Shown piece by piece: positions 8,852 through 19,001 of a stretch of DNA of 64,000 bases; position 1 is the stretch's first letter, and each line of letters starts with the position of its first letter. The translations under genes and the position numbers were made by a program. Under the pieces are notes generated by a model that worked only from the letters and a program-made list of their open reading frames with translations, did not search any database and was not told the origin of the DNA. Source of the stretch: an uncultured delta proteobacterium (GTDB lineage Bacteria > Desulfobacterota > RBG-13-43-22); the NCBI GenBank assembly GCA_963790475.1, contig CAWBOS010000010.1, positions 832,001-896,000 on the forward strand. The letters run 5' to 3'.

Positions 8852-10697
8852 AGAAATACCGCCAAAGGCTATACATGTTGGTGTGCTCAATGCTCAAGCC
8901 ATTCCGGGTGCGGAATTTTTCGGGAAACCATTCTTTGAAAAATTCAAAGAGGTTTCTTTTTGGGCTTTTGCGCTTCGGCTCCACATAGGATCACACTCAG
9001 AATTTATTCCCCAGGCATCCGAATGGTACGCCCTTTTGGAGGATACCTACCCATTTGGAGACATAAGAATTTATCCATCTAAAACAAATGGGATTTCGGT
9101 CACATTTCCACACCAAGACCTCAATTCCTTTGGTAATGAGAAGCTTCCCTGGAGAGAAGGTAAACTTTGTCTCGATACCCCTGTTCAGAGACTTGGTAGA
9201 ATCGCAGGTGGAAAAGACCCGATTGGCGATTATGAGGAAAGGCTTCGATGGTATTTGACACGAGCACTTGCCTGGTTAGATTGTGCCGCCACTAATTCTT
9301 TAATGCAGGATGGTGATCCTTTTGAAATACCATATTATAGGGACTCGTCTCACCAACAGATAATTCATGACGAATCATTAGAAACCTTTCCCTTCTGGAA
9401 GCCCTACGCCGCTAGCTCCGTGGGTGTGGTGGTTTTTAATACGGTATCCAAGACGGATAACCGGGAATCGGTTGTCTGCTTTGAGACCATGAATGGAGCG
9501 CTGATCAGAAAGACTCGCTTCTTTTCTGAGGAAGCACATGGCCCGAAAAACCGCCGTCGGCATACTGGATTTTGGTGGTTATGGGGTGGACCTATTGTTC
9601 TTCTACCATGGAAGGCTCCAACAAACTGGGGAGAACTAAGGGCAGCTGGGAATCATCAAGGTATAAACGTTGACGAGATTCTAAAGGGCATTGCTCCTCT
9701 TGTTCGAGGAAAAGGGGCTACCACTCTTTTGGTCGGATACCCTATACCGCTCCTGTGCGGGGGGGAACCACTTGAGATTTATTGGCACGCCATCATGCTT
9801 CCACCCCTAATGTCTGCAAAGAAGCCACCAAAAGGTTTCAGGCCAACAGAAGGCAACTTTTGGGAAAGGGATCGTCTGCAAGCTTTTTTGGATCAAAAAG
9901 AGTTAGTATATCTGAAAACCGAAAATTGGCATCCGAGTAGAATGCAAGCGAGGGGGCGTTTCAGTCCTCAAATGTGTCAGTCGAAAGTCGGACTCATTGG
10001 ATGTGGCGCGTTAGGGTCCATAGTTGGTGAGCTTTTAGTCCGAGAAGGCATAAAAGATATAATACTCGTAGACAATAAACCGCTCGGCGCCCACAACCTT
10101 GTACGCCATACTCTTTACGGTGATGATATTGGAAAAAATAAAGCGAGTGCCTTGACTGACCGTCTTTCATCCGCTTACCCCTTTTCAAAAATTGTAGCTG
10201 TAAATAAATCCTTACCAATGGATGTTGATGAGCTTGAAGTTCTTCTCATGGATCGAAAAATAGTGATAGATTGTACCGGCAGCGATGCTGTCATTCAGGT
10301 TTTATCGAATGCTTGGTGGGAGATGCCTAGACTATTTGTATCAGCATCGGTTGGCTATAAAGCACTTCGCACTTTTATTTTTACATCTATATGCAATCAA
10401 TTTCCATCAGACCAATTTTTAACTTTATTAGAACCCTTTCTAAATGAAGAACGTAAGCTATGGGTAGAAGACGGTGAAACCTTAGAAGGCCCTGGTTGTT
10501 GGTCGCCTCTGTTTCCTGCGCGTTTCGATGACTTACTGCTTTCTGCAACTGCATGCATCAAAATAGTTGAGGAGTGTTTAATCAATTTCAATCCGGATAC
10601 CCAACTCATTGTTTTTGAGCAAACTTTTTCCGATGGGATATTTACTGGATTCAGTAGGAAGAATCACTCGCTCGAATCTGCGAAGGAGGACGAGTGA
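8844..10697 (+). CDS. cap2: CBASS Cap2 (E2-E1/ThiF fusion)
   Basis: E2-like FPHQ...GKLCL; ThiF GCGALGS, HNLVRH, IDCTG, GCWSP. Start placed at TTG 8844 behind AGGAG rather than at 8679. Confidence 0.88.
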   Translation: MTEEIPPKAIHVGVLNAQAIPGAEFFGKPFFEKFKEVSFWAFALRLHIGSHSEFIPQASEWYALLEDTYPFGDIRIYPSKTNGISVTFPHQDLNSFGNEKLPWREGKLCLDTPVQRLGRIAGGKDPIGDYEERLRWYLTRALAWLDCAATNSLMQDGDPFEIPYYRDSSHQQIIHDESLETFPFWKPYAASSVGVVVFNTVSKTDNRESVVCFETMNGALIRKTRFFSEEAHGPKNRRRHTGFWWLWGGPIVLLPWKAPTNWGELRAAGNHQGINVDEILKGIAPLVRGKGATTLLVGYPIPLLCGGEPLEIYWHAIMLPPLMSAKKPPKGFRPTEGNFWERDRLQAFLDQKELVYLKTENWHPSRMQARGRFSPQMCQSKVGLIGCGALGSIVGELLVREGIKDIILVDNKPLGAHNLVRHTLYGDDIGKNKASALTDRLSSAYPFSKIVAVNKSLPMDVDELEVLLMDRKIVIDCTGSDAVIQVLSNAWWEMPRLFVSASVGYKALRTFIFTSICNQFPSDQFLTLLEPFLNEERKLWVEDGETLEGPGCWSPLFPARFDDLLLSATACIKIVEECLINFNPDTQLIVFEQTFSDGIFTGFSRKNHSLESAKEDE

Positions 10698-11200
10698 TGC
10701 ATCTTGAATGGCGGACTGATTGTGGAAATTACGGGATGATAATCGAAAAGAGTTCTTGGGAAACTATTAAAATTGAGCGCGCTAAATCCATCAACCAAGA
10801 AACTGGTGGGATACTCATCGGCTACTATTCTGATAACAACCAAACCGCCATCGTTTGCGAAGCTACCCCACCCCCAAATGATTCTCAGAAGGGGAGTAAT
10901 TGGTTTTGGAGAGGCGTAACCGGCTTGCGATCACTCCTTCTTGACCGATGGAATCAGAATCAACGGACATATTATATTGGAGAATGGCATTACCATCCGA
11001 CCCAAATAATCGAGCCCAGCATAACCGATTTGAAGCAGATGATCGACATTAGCAAATCGAAGCCCTACCATTGCAGCGAGCCGATTCTTATCATTATTGG
11101 ATGTAGTATAAAAGTCGAAACGCCCGCCCGGGCCTTTGTCTTTCCTAACATCGCAAGGGGGGGCGGACCACGCCAATGGCTTGAATTTACAATGGTTTAA
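10694..11200 (+). CDS. cap3: CBASS Cap3 (JAB/MPN peptidase)
   Basis: ETGGILIG...YIGEWHYHP...PSITD JAMM motif; start overlaps the cap2 stop. Confidence 0.92.
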   Translation: MMHLEWRTDCGNYGMIIEKSSWETIKIERAKSINQETGGILIGYYSDNNQTAIVCEATPPPNDSQKGSNWFWRGVTGLRSLLLDRWNQNQRTYYIGEWHYHPTQIIEPSITDLKQMIDISKSKPYHCSEPILIIIGCSIKVETPARAFVFPNIARGGGPRQWLEFTMV

Positions 11201-11309
11201 AATGGGGTCTGATTACAGGAGTCGGAGCAGACGAAGGGATTGAATCCCTAATGAATTATATTCTAAAGCGGGGTCGGTCCACATTGGTTGATAGCCGAAA
11301 GGAACCAAA

Positions 11310-11714
11310 ATGCAAAGCGATAAATCGACAGCATCGGTCGAACAGCAAATCATCCAACTCGAAATGCAGGCGCTGCAGCGCTGGTGCAATGGGGATCCGT
11401 CCGGCTTCCTTGAGATATCCGCACCCGATGTTGTGTACTTCGATCCATTCCTGGAACGAAGGATTAACGGGATCGGAGCGCTGACCGAATATTACGAGAA
11501 CCTCCGGGGCAAGATCCGCGCCGATCATTTTGAATTGTTGAATCCGCTGGTGCAACGAGTTGGTTCTGCGGCGGTTCTCACCTTCAATTTTCTTTCGAGG
11601 GGACGGGACGGGGACGAGAACCGTTGGAACTGCACAGAAGTTTATCGCCAGAACGGGTCTCGCTGGGAAATCATTCAAACGCACTGGTCGTTCACTAAAG
11701 TCGCGACAGACTAA
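11310..11714 (+). CDS. NTF2/SnoaL-like (DUF4440-type) protein
   Basis: DVVYFDP...WNCTEVY...WEIIQTHWS. Confidence 0.8.
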   Translation: MQSDKSTASVEQQIIQLEMQALQRWCNGDPSGFLEISAPDVVYFDPFLERRINGIGALTEYYENLRGKIRADHFELLNPLVQRVGSAAVLTFNFLSRGRDGDENRWNCTEVYRQNGSRWEIIQTHWSFTKVATD

Positions 11715-11854
11715 GTTTAACAGCTTTAACTTTAACAGAGGTCTTCCTATTAAAAATGGGCCTCTTAGGGGACCTTTTATAGCGGGAGTAGATATTTGAA
11801 AAAAATCCGATATGAATTAGGGATCAATATTTTTAAACGAAAAGGAGAATTATC

Positions 11855-13285
11855 ATGGCTTTTCAGGAATACTCTTCTTATGATGGTCTCGGTTTGGGTG
11901 AACTCGTCCGGAAGGGTGAGGTAACCGCATCCGAGCTTCTGGAGGAGGCGATAGCCCGTGTGGAGCGCCACAACGGCAAGATCAATAGCATCATCTACAA
12001 ATTCTACGACCAGGCCCGCGAGGCTGCACGGAGGAAACCGGGTCACGGCCCTTTCGAGGGCGTCCCCTTCCTCCTCAAAGACATATTAGGCGATTGCGAG
12101 GGGGTGCCGACGCGCTTTGGGAGTTGTTACTTCCCTTCCTTTCCTTCACCAATCGACTCCGAACTGGTAGCCAGGTACAAGCGTGCCGGGCTGATCCCCT
12201 TCGCCAAGACCAACGCCCCGGAGTTCGGCCTCCCTCCCATGACCGAGCCCCAACTTTACGGGCCAGCCCGAAATCCCTGGAACACTGATTACACCCCGGG
12301 AGGTTCGAGCGGAGGGTCGGCTGCGGCTGTAGCTGCCGGGATCGTTCCACTCGCCCATGGCAACGACGGAGGGGGCTCGATCCGAATCCCGGCCGCCTGC
12401 TGCGGTCTGGTCGGTCTCAAACCGACGCGCGGTCGAAATTCGCTTGCCCCGAATCTCGGAGAGATGGCGGGCGGATTGGCCTGCGAGCACGTCTTAAGCC
12501 GAAGTGTGCGGGACAGCGCTGCGGCGCTCGACGCCACCGAGGGACATGTGGCCGGCGACCCATATTCTGCCCCGCCCAAAAAGGCTCCCTACATCCAAGA
12601 GGTCAGGACCGATCCCGGGCGTCTGAAGATCGCCTTCTGGGAAGGCGGGACCCAGGGCGAGTCTCTTCACGAGGAGGCTGTTAAAGCTGTTCGTGGGGCG
12701 GCCAGGCTTTGTTCCGAGCTCGGCCACGAAGTGGAGGAAACCGGACCGACGATCAACGATGATGGAGCGGCCTCCGCATTCATCACGATCTACGCCGCCG
12801 GTCTCGCCTCAACCGTTGAGGTCTTGAAACAGATCACCGGCGTGCCGCCAACCTTGGAAAATCTGGAGAGCCTGACGTTAAATTTTTACGAGATGGGAAG
12901 AAAGATTACCGCCACCCAGTACCTGATGGCGGTTGCCTTACTGCAACGTCTATCCAGGCAGTTTGCCGCCTTCTTCGAGAGGTACGACATATTGATTACC
13001 CCGACCCTTGGATGCCCGCCTTTAAAGGTAGGGACCATCGATTTTCAAAGTCCGTCAGCTTCCATGGAGGACCAGAGGATCGCGGTTTTCGCCCACACCA
13101 ACCCACTTTATAACATCTCCGGCCAGCCCGCCATATCGCTCCCTCTCCACTGGACCGCCGAAGGACTGCCGCTCGGGGTACTCTTCGGCGGAAAGTATGG
13201 GGACGAGGCAACTCTTTTCAGGCTTGCCGGACAGATTGAACAGGCCCGGCCGTGGAGGGACCGGCATCCTTCAGTCTGGGAATAG
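11855..13285 (+). CDS. Amidase signature family enzyme
   Basis: [32 protein letters not shown]. Confidence 0.95.
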   Translation: MAFQEYSSYDGLGLGELVRKGEVTASELLEEAIARVERHNGKINSIIYKFYDQAREAARRKPGHGPFEGVPFLLKDILGDCEGVPTRFGSCYFPSFPSPIDSELVARYKRAGLIPFAKTNAPEFGLPPMTEPQLYGPARNPWNTDYTPGGSSGGSAAAVAAGIVPLAHGNDGGGSIRIPAACCGLVGLKPTRGRNSLAPNLGEMAGGLACEHVLSRSVRDSAAALDATEGHVAGDPYSAPPKKAPYIQEVRTDPGRLKIAFWEGGTQGESLHEEAVKAVRGAARLCSELGHEVEETGPTINDDGAASAFITIYAAGLASTVEVLKQITGVPPTLENLESLTLNFYEMGRKITATQYLMAVALLQRLSRQFAAFFERYDILITPTLGCPPLKVGTIDFQSPSASMEDQRIAVFAHTNPLYNISGQPAISLPLHWTAEGLPLGVLFGGKYGDEATLFRLAGQIEQARPWRDRHPSVWE

Positions 13286-13353
13286 AGAAAGGCGGGGCGG
13301 ATTTTTGCGCATTCTGTTAAGGACCTAATAAGAAAAGAAGGAGGGATTGAACA

Positions 13354-14238
13354 ATGCCAAATATTAAAGCCAATGGGATCCGGATTGAGTACGATACCTT
13401 TGGTGACCGTATTTCTCCACCTCTCTTGCTCATCAGGGGATTAGGGACCCAGATGACTGACTGGGAAGAGGACTTTTGCAACCTGCTGGCGGATAAAGGT
13501 CTTTTTGTTATCCGGTTCGACAACCGGGATGTCGGCCTTTCCCAAAAATTTGAAGAATACGGGGTTCCCGATATTATGGCGGCATTAACTGCATCTATGC
13601 AAGGGAAAGAGATTCAAGCCCCGTACAGCCTCGATGATATGGCTGATGATGCCATCGGCTTACTCGATGCCTTGGAAATTAAAAAGGCCCATATCTTTGG
13701 AATTTCAATGGGCTCGGCCATAACTCAAATAATAGGCTATAGGCACCCTTCAAGGGTTCTGAGCCTGATTCCAGTAATGGGTTCCACTGGTAATCCCGAT
13801 CTTCCTCCTGCCAAGCCAGAGGCCTGGGAAGTACTTCTTTCCCCTGCGCCAAAGCAACGGGATGCCTATATTGAACATTACCGAAGAGGGCAAAAGGTAA
13901 TTTGGGGCAATTTACCCTATGATGAAGATGATATAAATAAGAGAGCCGAAGTTTCTTACGAAAGGTCAAATTATCCCCAGGGGGTAGCACGTCAGCTTGT
14001 GGCTACTATCGCCAACGGAAATCGAAAGCCCCGTCTTGCTTCCATAACTGCTCCCACACTGGTAATCCATGGCGCAGAAGATCCGCTTATCCCCTTTGCG
14101 GGGGGAATGGACACAGCCAAAGCCATTCCCGGAGCCGATCTATTGAAAATTGAAGGGATGGGTCACTGTCTTCCAAGAGCGGCCTGGCCCCAAATTGTGG
14201 GGGCCATCGCAACGCTGACGAACAGAGTATCAGTTTAG
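13354..14238 (+). CDS. Alpha/beta hydrolase
   Basis: RFDNRDVG, GISMG nucleophile elbow, HGAEDPL, GMGH. Confidence 0.93.
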   Translation: MPNIKANGIRIEYDTFGDRISPPLLLIRGLGTQMTDWEEDFCNLLADKGLFVIRFDNRDVGLSQKFEEYGVPDIMAALTASMQGKEIQAPYSLDDMADDAIGLLDALEIKKAHIFGISMGSAITQIIGYRHPSRVLSLIPVMGSTGNPDLPPAKPEAWEVLLSPAPKQRDAYIEHYRRGQKVIWGNLPYDEDDINKRAEVSYERSNYPQGVARQLVATIANGNRKPRLASITAPTLVIHGAEDPLIPFAGGMDTAKAIPGADLLKIEGMGHCLPRAAWPQIVGAIATLTNRVSV

Positions 14239-14353
14239 CAAGGGCTTAAAGCTTAAAGGCGCTTTTTAATGGGTCGGACCGATTTTTAAGCCTCAGGGGA
14301 CATAAGCGGGACGCTGTCACGCCCTTTAACGCATTAAAACTTTTTATTAAGGA

Positions 14354-14878
14354 GTGAAAAAAATGGACATCAAAACTATTAAGCTGTTGGCCAGTTATAA
14401 TGAAACGACAAACAAAGAAATGAATAAATATATTTCTCAAATAAATGAGACTCAATGGAATAATAACTTTAAGGCCCGCTTCTCCAGCGTCTTCAAGATT
14501 TGTAACCACATTTATATCGGAGATTACAACTGGCTGAAACGTTTCAGTACCTTACGGGATTTCCAATACATAAAAGACGGCTTTTTTTCAAAAGAAATAA
14601 GCTTCACTATGGATGCCTTTAAAGACCCCAAAGAGTATATCGCTAAAAGAGAGTATTTAGACAAAATGATGCATAAATTTGTAGATGAATTAACGGAGAA
14701 TGACCTTGAGAAAAATTTGAGATATACGGATTCAAGGGGAACGGAGCATAATCGAAATTTCGGCGGACTGATCATACACATGTTTAATCATCAAACTCAT
14801 CATCGAGGCATGATATCCGTTTTCCTGGAAATGTTAGGAATAGATAACGATTATAGCAATCTATTCTATTTGGTTTAA
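14354..14878 (+). CDS. DinB family protein
   Basis: NHIYIGD..WL, HMFNHQTHHRG. Confidence 0.9.
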   Translation: MKKMDIKTIKLLASYNETTNKEMNKYISQINETQWNNNFKARFSSVFKICNHIYIGDYNWLKRFSTLRDFQYIKDGFFSKEISFTMDAFKDPKEYIAKREYLDKMMHKFVDELTENDLEKNLRYTDSRGTEHNRNFGGLIIHMFNHQTHHRGMISVFLEMLGIDNDYSNLFYLV

Positions 14879-14916
14879 GGAAAACCAGATCCCTCAAGTT
14901 AGAAGAAGAGAATTGT

Positions 14917-15210
14917 ATGAACATACCGTTTACCGTCGAGCAATTCTTCGATGTTTTCAGAACCTACAACATAGCCATATGGCCTTTTCAGATAGTGGCC
15001 TATTTTCTGGGTGTCACGGCGCTTGCGTTGTCCATTCACCAAAACAAATTGTCCGGCCAGGTCATTTCGGGAATTCTGGCATTATTGTGGATCTCGGAAT
15101 GAGCGCTGCCGTCAGTTTGAAAGTCCCGCAAGACTATGGTCTCATGCTTGCCGGGGTTCTTGGGACAATCTTGATAATAATTCAGAATCGCACGGGAAAA
15201 CAGCCCAACA
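14917..15210 (+). pseudogene. Internally deleted membrane protein (DUF6064-like)
   Basis: MNIPFTVEQFFDVF..YN.AIWP N-terminus joined out of frame to a C-terminal SAAVSLKVPQDYGL fragment. Confidence 0.6.
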
Positions 15211-15276
15211 AGCCAAATCAGTCGCTTTGCTCCACTCGCGGCTGATCACTACCTTGTCGAGGAGGCTGTGTTAGAC
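15203..15276 (+). mobile_element. Degenerate integron attC-like site
   Basis: GCCCAAC ... CACTCGCGGCTGATC (shared with the 50734 site) ... GTTAGAC. Confidence 0.55.
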
Positions 15277-15316
15277 GCAACTCGTCATAGATATTAATAG
15301 AGCGATGAGAATATAA

Positions 15317-16057
15317 ATGGAAATCGATTACAATGATATTTCTAAAACATATGATCACTATCGTTCTTATGCCTATTCTGAAGTAATGCAATTGATGAGG
15401 TTCGGAAGGATTGAGAAAGGAATGAAGATTCTTGATCTTGGGTGCGGAACGGGTAATTTGTCGGCCCAATTATTGGATTGTATCTCGTTGGAGACTATTG
15501 GCGTTGATAAGTCCTTGCCGATGCTGGAGAAAGCCAGCAAAAAAGGATTAAAGGTTTTATGCGCGGATGCTGATCTTAATCCATTGCCCTTCAAAGACGA
15601 ATCCCTTGATGTTGTGATCGGGGCTTATGTTATTCAACATATCAAGAACAGGGTGGATTTGATAAGAGAGTGTCATCGTATCCTAAACGAGGGCGCCCTT
15701 ATCCTGTTGACCTCCAGCCATGTTCAAATTGAAAATTTGCATCCGGTAATGAAAGAATTCTTTCCAAGTCTGATTGAAATGGATAAGAAGAGATTTCCGG
15801 AAATCTCAAAATTAGATTATTTTTTTGAAAGTGCCGGATTTAGGGACATCAGGCATGAAGAATTGGTAATCAGTAAAATTCCTATCGATATGGTTTATCT
15901 GGATAAAGTAAAAAACAAATTTGTTTCGACTTTTCATCTTTTGCCGGAAAATGAGTTTATGGCCGGTGTTGAAAAATTGGACAGGTTTATTAAAAAGAAT
16001 ACCGAACCCATATATAGAGAATGGCGGGGGACTATGATTTATGGAAAAAAATCATGA
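15317..16057 (+). CDS. Class I SAM-dependent methyltransferase
   Basis: ILDLGCGTG, LPFKDESLDVV. Confidence 0.92.
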   Translation: MEIDYNDISKTYDHYRSYAYSEVMQLMRFGRIEKGMKILDLGCGTGNLSAQLLDCISLETIGVDKSLPMLEKASKKGLKVLCADADLNPLPFKDESLDVVIGAYVIQHIKNRVDLIRECHRILNEGALILLTSSHVQIENLHPVMKEFFPSLIEMDKKRFPEISKLDYFFESAGFRDIRHEELVISKIPIDMVYLDKVKNKFVSTFHLLPENEFMAGVEKLDRFIKKNTEPIYREWRGTMIYGKKS

Positions 16058-16112
16058 GGTTTTTCGTCGAGGAAGGCATAATATTTCTGTTGGCTGAGAT
16101 TTCGGGGGGTCT

Positions 16113-16472
16113 ATGGTCACCAAACTGAAGCGAGCGTATGAAGTACCCGAATCGGGTGATGGATTCCGTGTCCTTGTGGACCGGCTCTGGCCACGGGGCG
16201 TGTCCAAGGATTCGGCCCGGATCGATCTCTGGCTCAAGGAGATCGCTCCGAGCGCCGTACTCCGTAAGTGGTTTGGCCACGATCCATTGAAATGGACCGA
16301 GTTTCGCAAGCGCTATTTCCGGGAACTCGACAATAATCCCGGAGCGGTCGATCAGCTCAGAGATCATGCGCGGCGGGGCCTGGTGACACTGGTGTATGGT
16401 GCCAAGGACCGGGAACATAACGACGCCGTTGCCCTTAAGGAGTATCTTGAATCGCATCGGGCACATTCCTGA
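16113..16472 (+). CDS. DUF488 / YeaO family protein
   Basis: KRAYE..DG.RVLVDRLWPRGVSK, APS..LRKWFGHDP. Confidence 0.92.
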   Translation: MVTKLKRAYEVPESGDGFRVLVDRLWPRGVSKDSARIDLWLKEIAPSAVLRKWFGHDPLKWTEFRKRYFRELDNNPGAVDQLRDHARRGLVTLVYGAKDREHNDAVALKEYLESHRAHS

Positions 16473-16535
16473 GATTGATCGTTTGGCCGCTCATTGGATG
16501 GGACTACCTGATAAGATCATGAAACAAATCACTGT

Positions 16536-16581
16536 CGCCAACCGCCCAAAAATCGAACTCGGGATGAACTCAATGTTGGCC
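16536..16581 (+). mobile_element. Short degenerate attC-like site
   Basis: CGCCAAC ... TGAACTCAAT GTTGGCC (complementary R boxes). Confidence 0.55.
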
Positions 16582-16599
16582 GTGAACAGGTAGAATCAA

Positions 16600-16951
16600 A
16601 TGCCAATTACAGAAACCCCAAAAGTGTCCTATCGCCTGACAAAATATCCTCGGTATTATCGAGGTTCGCGAAAACAGTCACGTCGCCCTTCTCTTTGTTG
16701 AAAATTTCTGCCAGAGAAAAGGAATCGGCAAAGAACTTATGAGAAGGTCTATTGAGATATGCAAGAGACGAAAGCCGGACATCAATAAATTAACTGTAAA
16801 TTCATCTCCCAACGCGGTTAAGGCCTATCGAAAGATGGGATTCAAAGGCATCAGGGATGAAAGGGTTGTCAATGGCATTTGTTTTATTCCCATGGAGTTT
16901 TCGCTTGTTCAAAAAGTGAACCGCCAACCTGTCGTTCCACCGGATTGCTAA
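16600..16951 (+). pseudogene. Decayed GNAT acetyltransferase cassette
   Basis: HVALLFVE..QRKGIGKELM...LTVNSSPNAVKAYRKMGF; N-terminus missing or frameshifted. Confidence 0.7.
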
Positions 16952-16977
16952 CGCTCCCGGTGAACTTTTCCTTAGAC
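16922..16977 (+). mobile_element. attC-like site
   Basis: CGCCAAC-N5-GTTCCACCGG...CCGGTGAAC-N5-CTTAGAC; L boxes pair with one extra-helical base. Confidence 0.7.
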
Positions 16978-16978
16978 C

Positions 16979-17512
16979 TTGGAGGAAAAAATGCGTATAG
17001 TTGCCTGCACGCATGAGGGGCATGCAGAATCAATCCTCGATATTCTCAACGAGGCCATCGAAAACTCCACTGCCCTTTACGACTACAGGCCCCGCCCTCT
17101 CTCCTCCATGGAAGGCTGGTTCATGACCAAGGCGGCTGGCGAGTTTCCGGTTATCGGCGTTGAATCCGAAGAAGGCCGGTTGCTGGGGTTTGCCAGTTAC
17201 GGTACCTTTCGAGGCTGGCCGGCCTACAAGTACACCGTTGAGCATTCGGTGTATGTTCATAAAAATCACAGAGGCCAGGGTCTGGGCCTGAAGCTCATGC
17301 GGGAACTCATTGCTATTGCCAGAGCGCAGGAGCGTCACGTTATGGTTGGGGGCGTGGACGCTACGAACGAAGCCAGCATTGCCCTTCATCGTAAGCTTCG
17401 GTTTGTTCACGCCGGCACCATCAAGCAAGCCGGGTTTAAGTTCGGCCGCTGGCTGGATCTGGCCTTCTATCAGCTAACGCTGGAAACGCCGTTGGCGCCA
17501 ATAGATGGGTAG
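16979..17512 (+). CDS. GNAT N-acetyltransferase, YncA/phosphinothricin-acetyltransferase-like
   Basis: GFASYGTFRGWPAYKYTVEHSVYV, GFKFGRWLD. Confidence 0.93.
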   Translation: MEEKMRIVACTHEGHAESILDILNEAIENSTALYDYRPRPLSSMEGWFMTKAAGEFPVIGVESEEGRLLGFASYGTFRGWPAYKYTVEHSVYVHKNHRGQGLGLKLMRELIAIARAQERHVMVGGVDATNEASIALHRKLRFVHAGTIKQAGFKFGRWLDLAFYQLTLETPLAPIDG

Positions 17513-17571
17513 CTGGCTTTGAGCCCAAGGTCGGCCCGCCCCTCCAAAAAAAACGATTTCGGAAAACGGAA

Positions 17572-18048
17572 ATGATCGGTAAGAATCCCAGGATGGAAAA
17601 ATGGAAACCGGCCGTGCCCAAAAGCGGCCTGTTGTTTATGGCCGGCATGATCTGGCTCTCCATCGGAGTCATGATGGACAGCATCGCCTATTCCTGGTTG
17701 AAGTCTGAAAATTCAAGGCCGGTTCTTTTAATCTCAGCCATCGGGTTTGTCCTGGCCCTCCTCATTCATCACTTTGGGTTTTTACGCATTGTCGATAGAA
17801 ATTTAGGGCGGATTCTTCCCCTGGAAGGCCGGCGTTGTCTTTTCTCTTTTATGCCCTGGAAGAGCTATATTCTGGTCATAGTTATGATGTTTGGAGGATT
17901 TTTGCTCCGTCATTCAGCCCTGCCGAAATCCTATTTGGCCCTTCTCTATCTGGCCATCGGAACGGCCTTGATGTTGTCCAGTGTGCGCTATTTGCGTTAT
18001 TTAATCATGGCCGTGAGAGGAAAAGATTTAAACATCTATTGTCTTTGA
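17572..18048 (+). CDS. Hypothetical membrane protein
   Basis: Four hydrophobic segments in a 158-aa ORF. Confidence 0.75.
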   Translation: MIGKNPRMEKWKPAVPKSGLLFMAGMIWLSIGVMMDSIAYSWLKSENSRPVLLISAIGFVLALLIHHFGFLRIVDRNLGRILPLEGRRCLFSFMPWKSYILVIVMMFGGFLLRHSALPKSYLALLYLAIGTALMLSSVRYLRYLIMAVRGKDLNIYCL

Positions 18049-18119
18049 GAATTCTATGTGGTTTTGGGGCCAAATCTCAGAAGAAGTGCCTGCCTCCCAC
18101 TGAATCCCACCGTTCGACG

Positions 18120-18243
18120 ACCTAATGGGAAGTCGAGTATAGATTTCTTCAAGAAGCAGGCGAAGAAGCATAAGACCTCTTATCAAAAAATGATACGAGA
18201 AGTAGTTGACTGGTATGCTTCGCATTATGAAAAGACCGCCTAA
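18120..18243 (+). pseudogene. C-terminal fragment of a CopG/BrnA-like antitoxin
   Basis: SSIDFFKKQAKKHKTSYQKMIREVVDWYA. Confidence 0.6.
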
Positions 18244-18303
18244 CGAATATCGGCGCCGTACGTGGCAAAACAGCTCGCCACGGATGCGAGCAGCCGGTCA
18301 GGC
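18238..18303 (+). mobile_element. attC-like site
   Basis: GCCTAAC (contains the upstream TAA stop) ... CGTGGC/GCCACG stem ... GTCAGGC. Confidence 0.7.
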
Positions 18304-18320
18304 ATTTTATTGGAGGAAAT

Positions 18321-18881
18321 ATGGAAAATAAAAGAAATCGGGTCTGCCCTGCTGAACTTGCTTATTCACTCGATAATAAGATTAGAAGGTGGCTGCAGAA
18401 TCCCAAAAAGATACTGGCGCCCTTCATTAAAGAAGGAATGACCGCACTCGACATCGGCTGCGGCCCTGGATTTTTCTCTATTGAAATGGCCAAGATGGTT
18501 GGCACGGATGGAAAAGTAATCTCCGCTGATCTACAGGAAGGAATGTTAAAAAAGCTCAGCAAAAAGATTAAAGGAACGGAACTGGAGGAAAGGATCAAGC
18601 TGGTGAAATGTGATCAAGATAAAATCAATATATCAGAAAGAGTTGATTTTATATTAGCCTTTTATATGGTTCATGAAGTTCCGGACAAAAACTCCTTTTT
18701 TAATGAACTAAAAAATGTTCTGAAGGAAAAAGGGGAATTTTTATTGGTAGAACCGAAATTATTCCACGTGTCCCAGAAGGAATTTGAATTAACGACCCGG
18801 CTGGCCGAAACCAATGGATTTAAAATATATCCAGGTCCCAAATTACCCTTTAGCAGGTCCGCCATATTAAAAAATGCCTGA
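18321..18881 (+). CDS. Class I SAM-dependent methyltransferase (cassette-like)
   Basis: LDIGCGPGFF, AFYMVHEV; bounded by GTCAGGC and GCCTGAC. Confidence 0.92.
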   Translation: MENKRNRVCPAELAYSLDNKIRRWLQNPKKILAPFIKEGMTALDIGCGPGFFSIEMAKMVGTDGKVISADLQEGMLKKLSKKIKGTELEERIKLVKCDQDKINISERVDFILAFYMVHEVPDKNSFFNELKNVLKEKGEFLLVEPKLFHVSQKEFELTTRLAETNGFKIYPGPKLPFSRSAILKNA

Positions 18882-19001
18882 CCAGTTGTTCAATCTAACG
18901 TGGGAACCATTGTGGAATAATGCATTCTCGGCAGTGAAAGAGGGCAGATCTGCTCTTTGCTCTGAGGGTCGGTAAAATTAAGGAGGCTGTCGAAAAATTG
19001 C

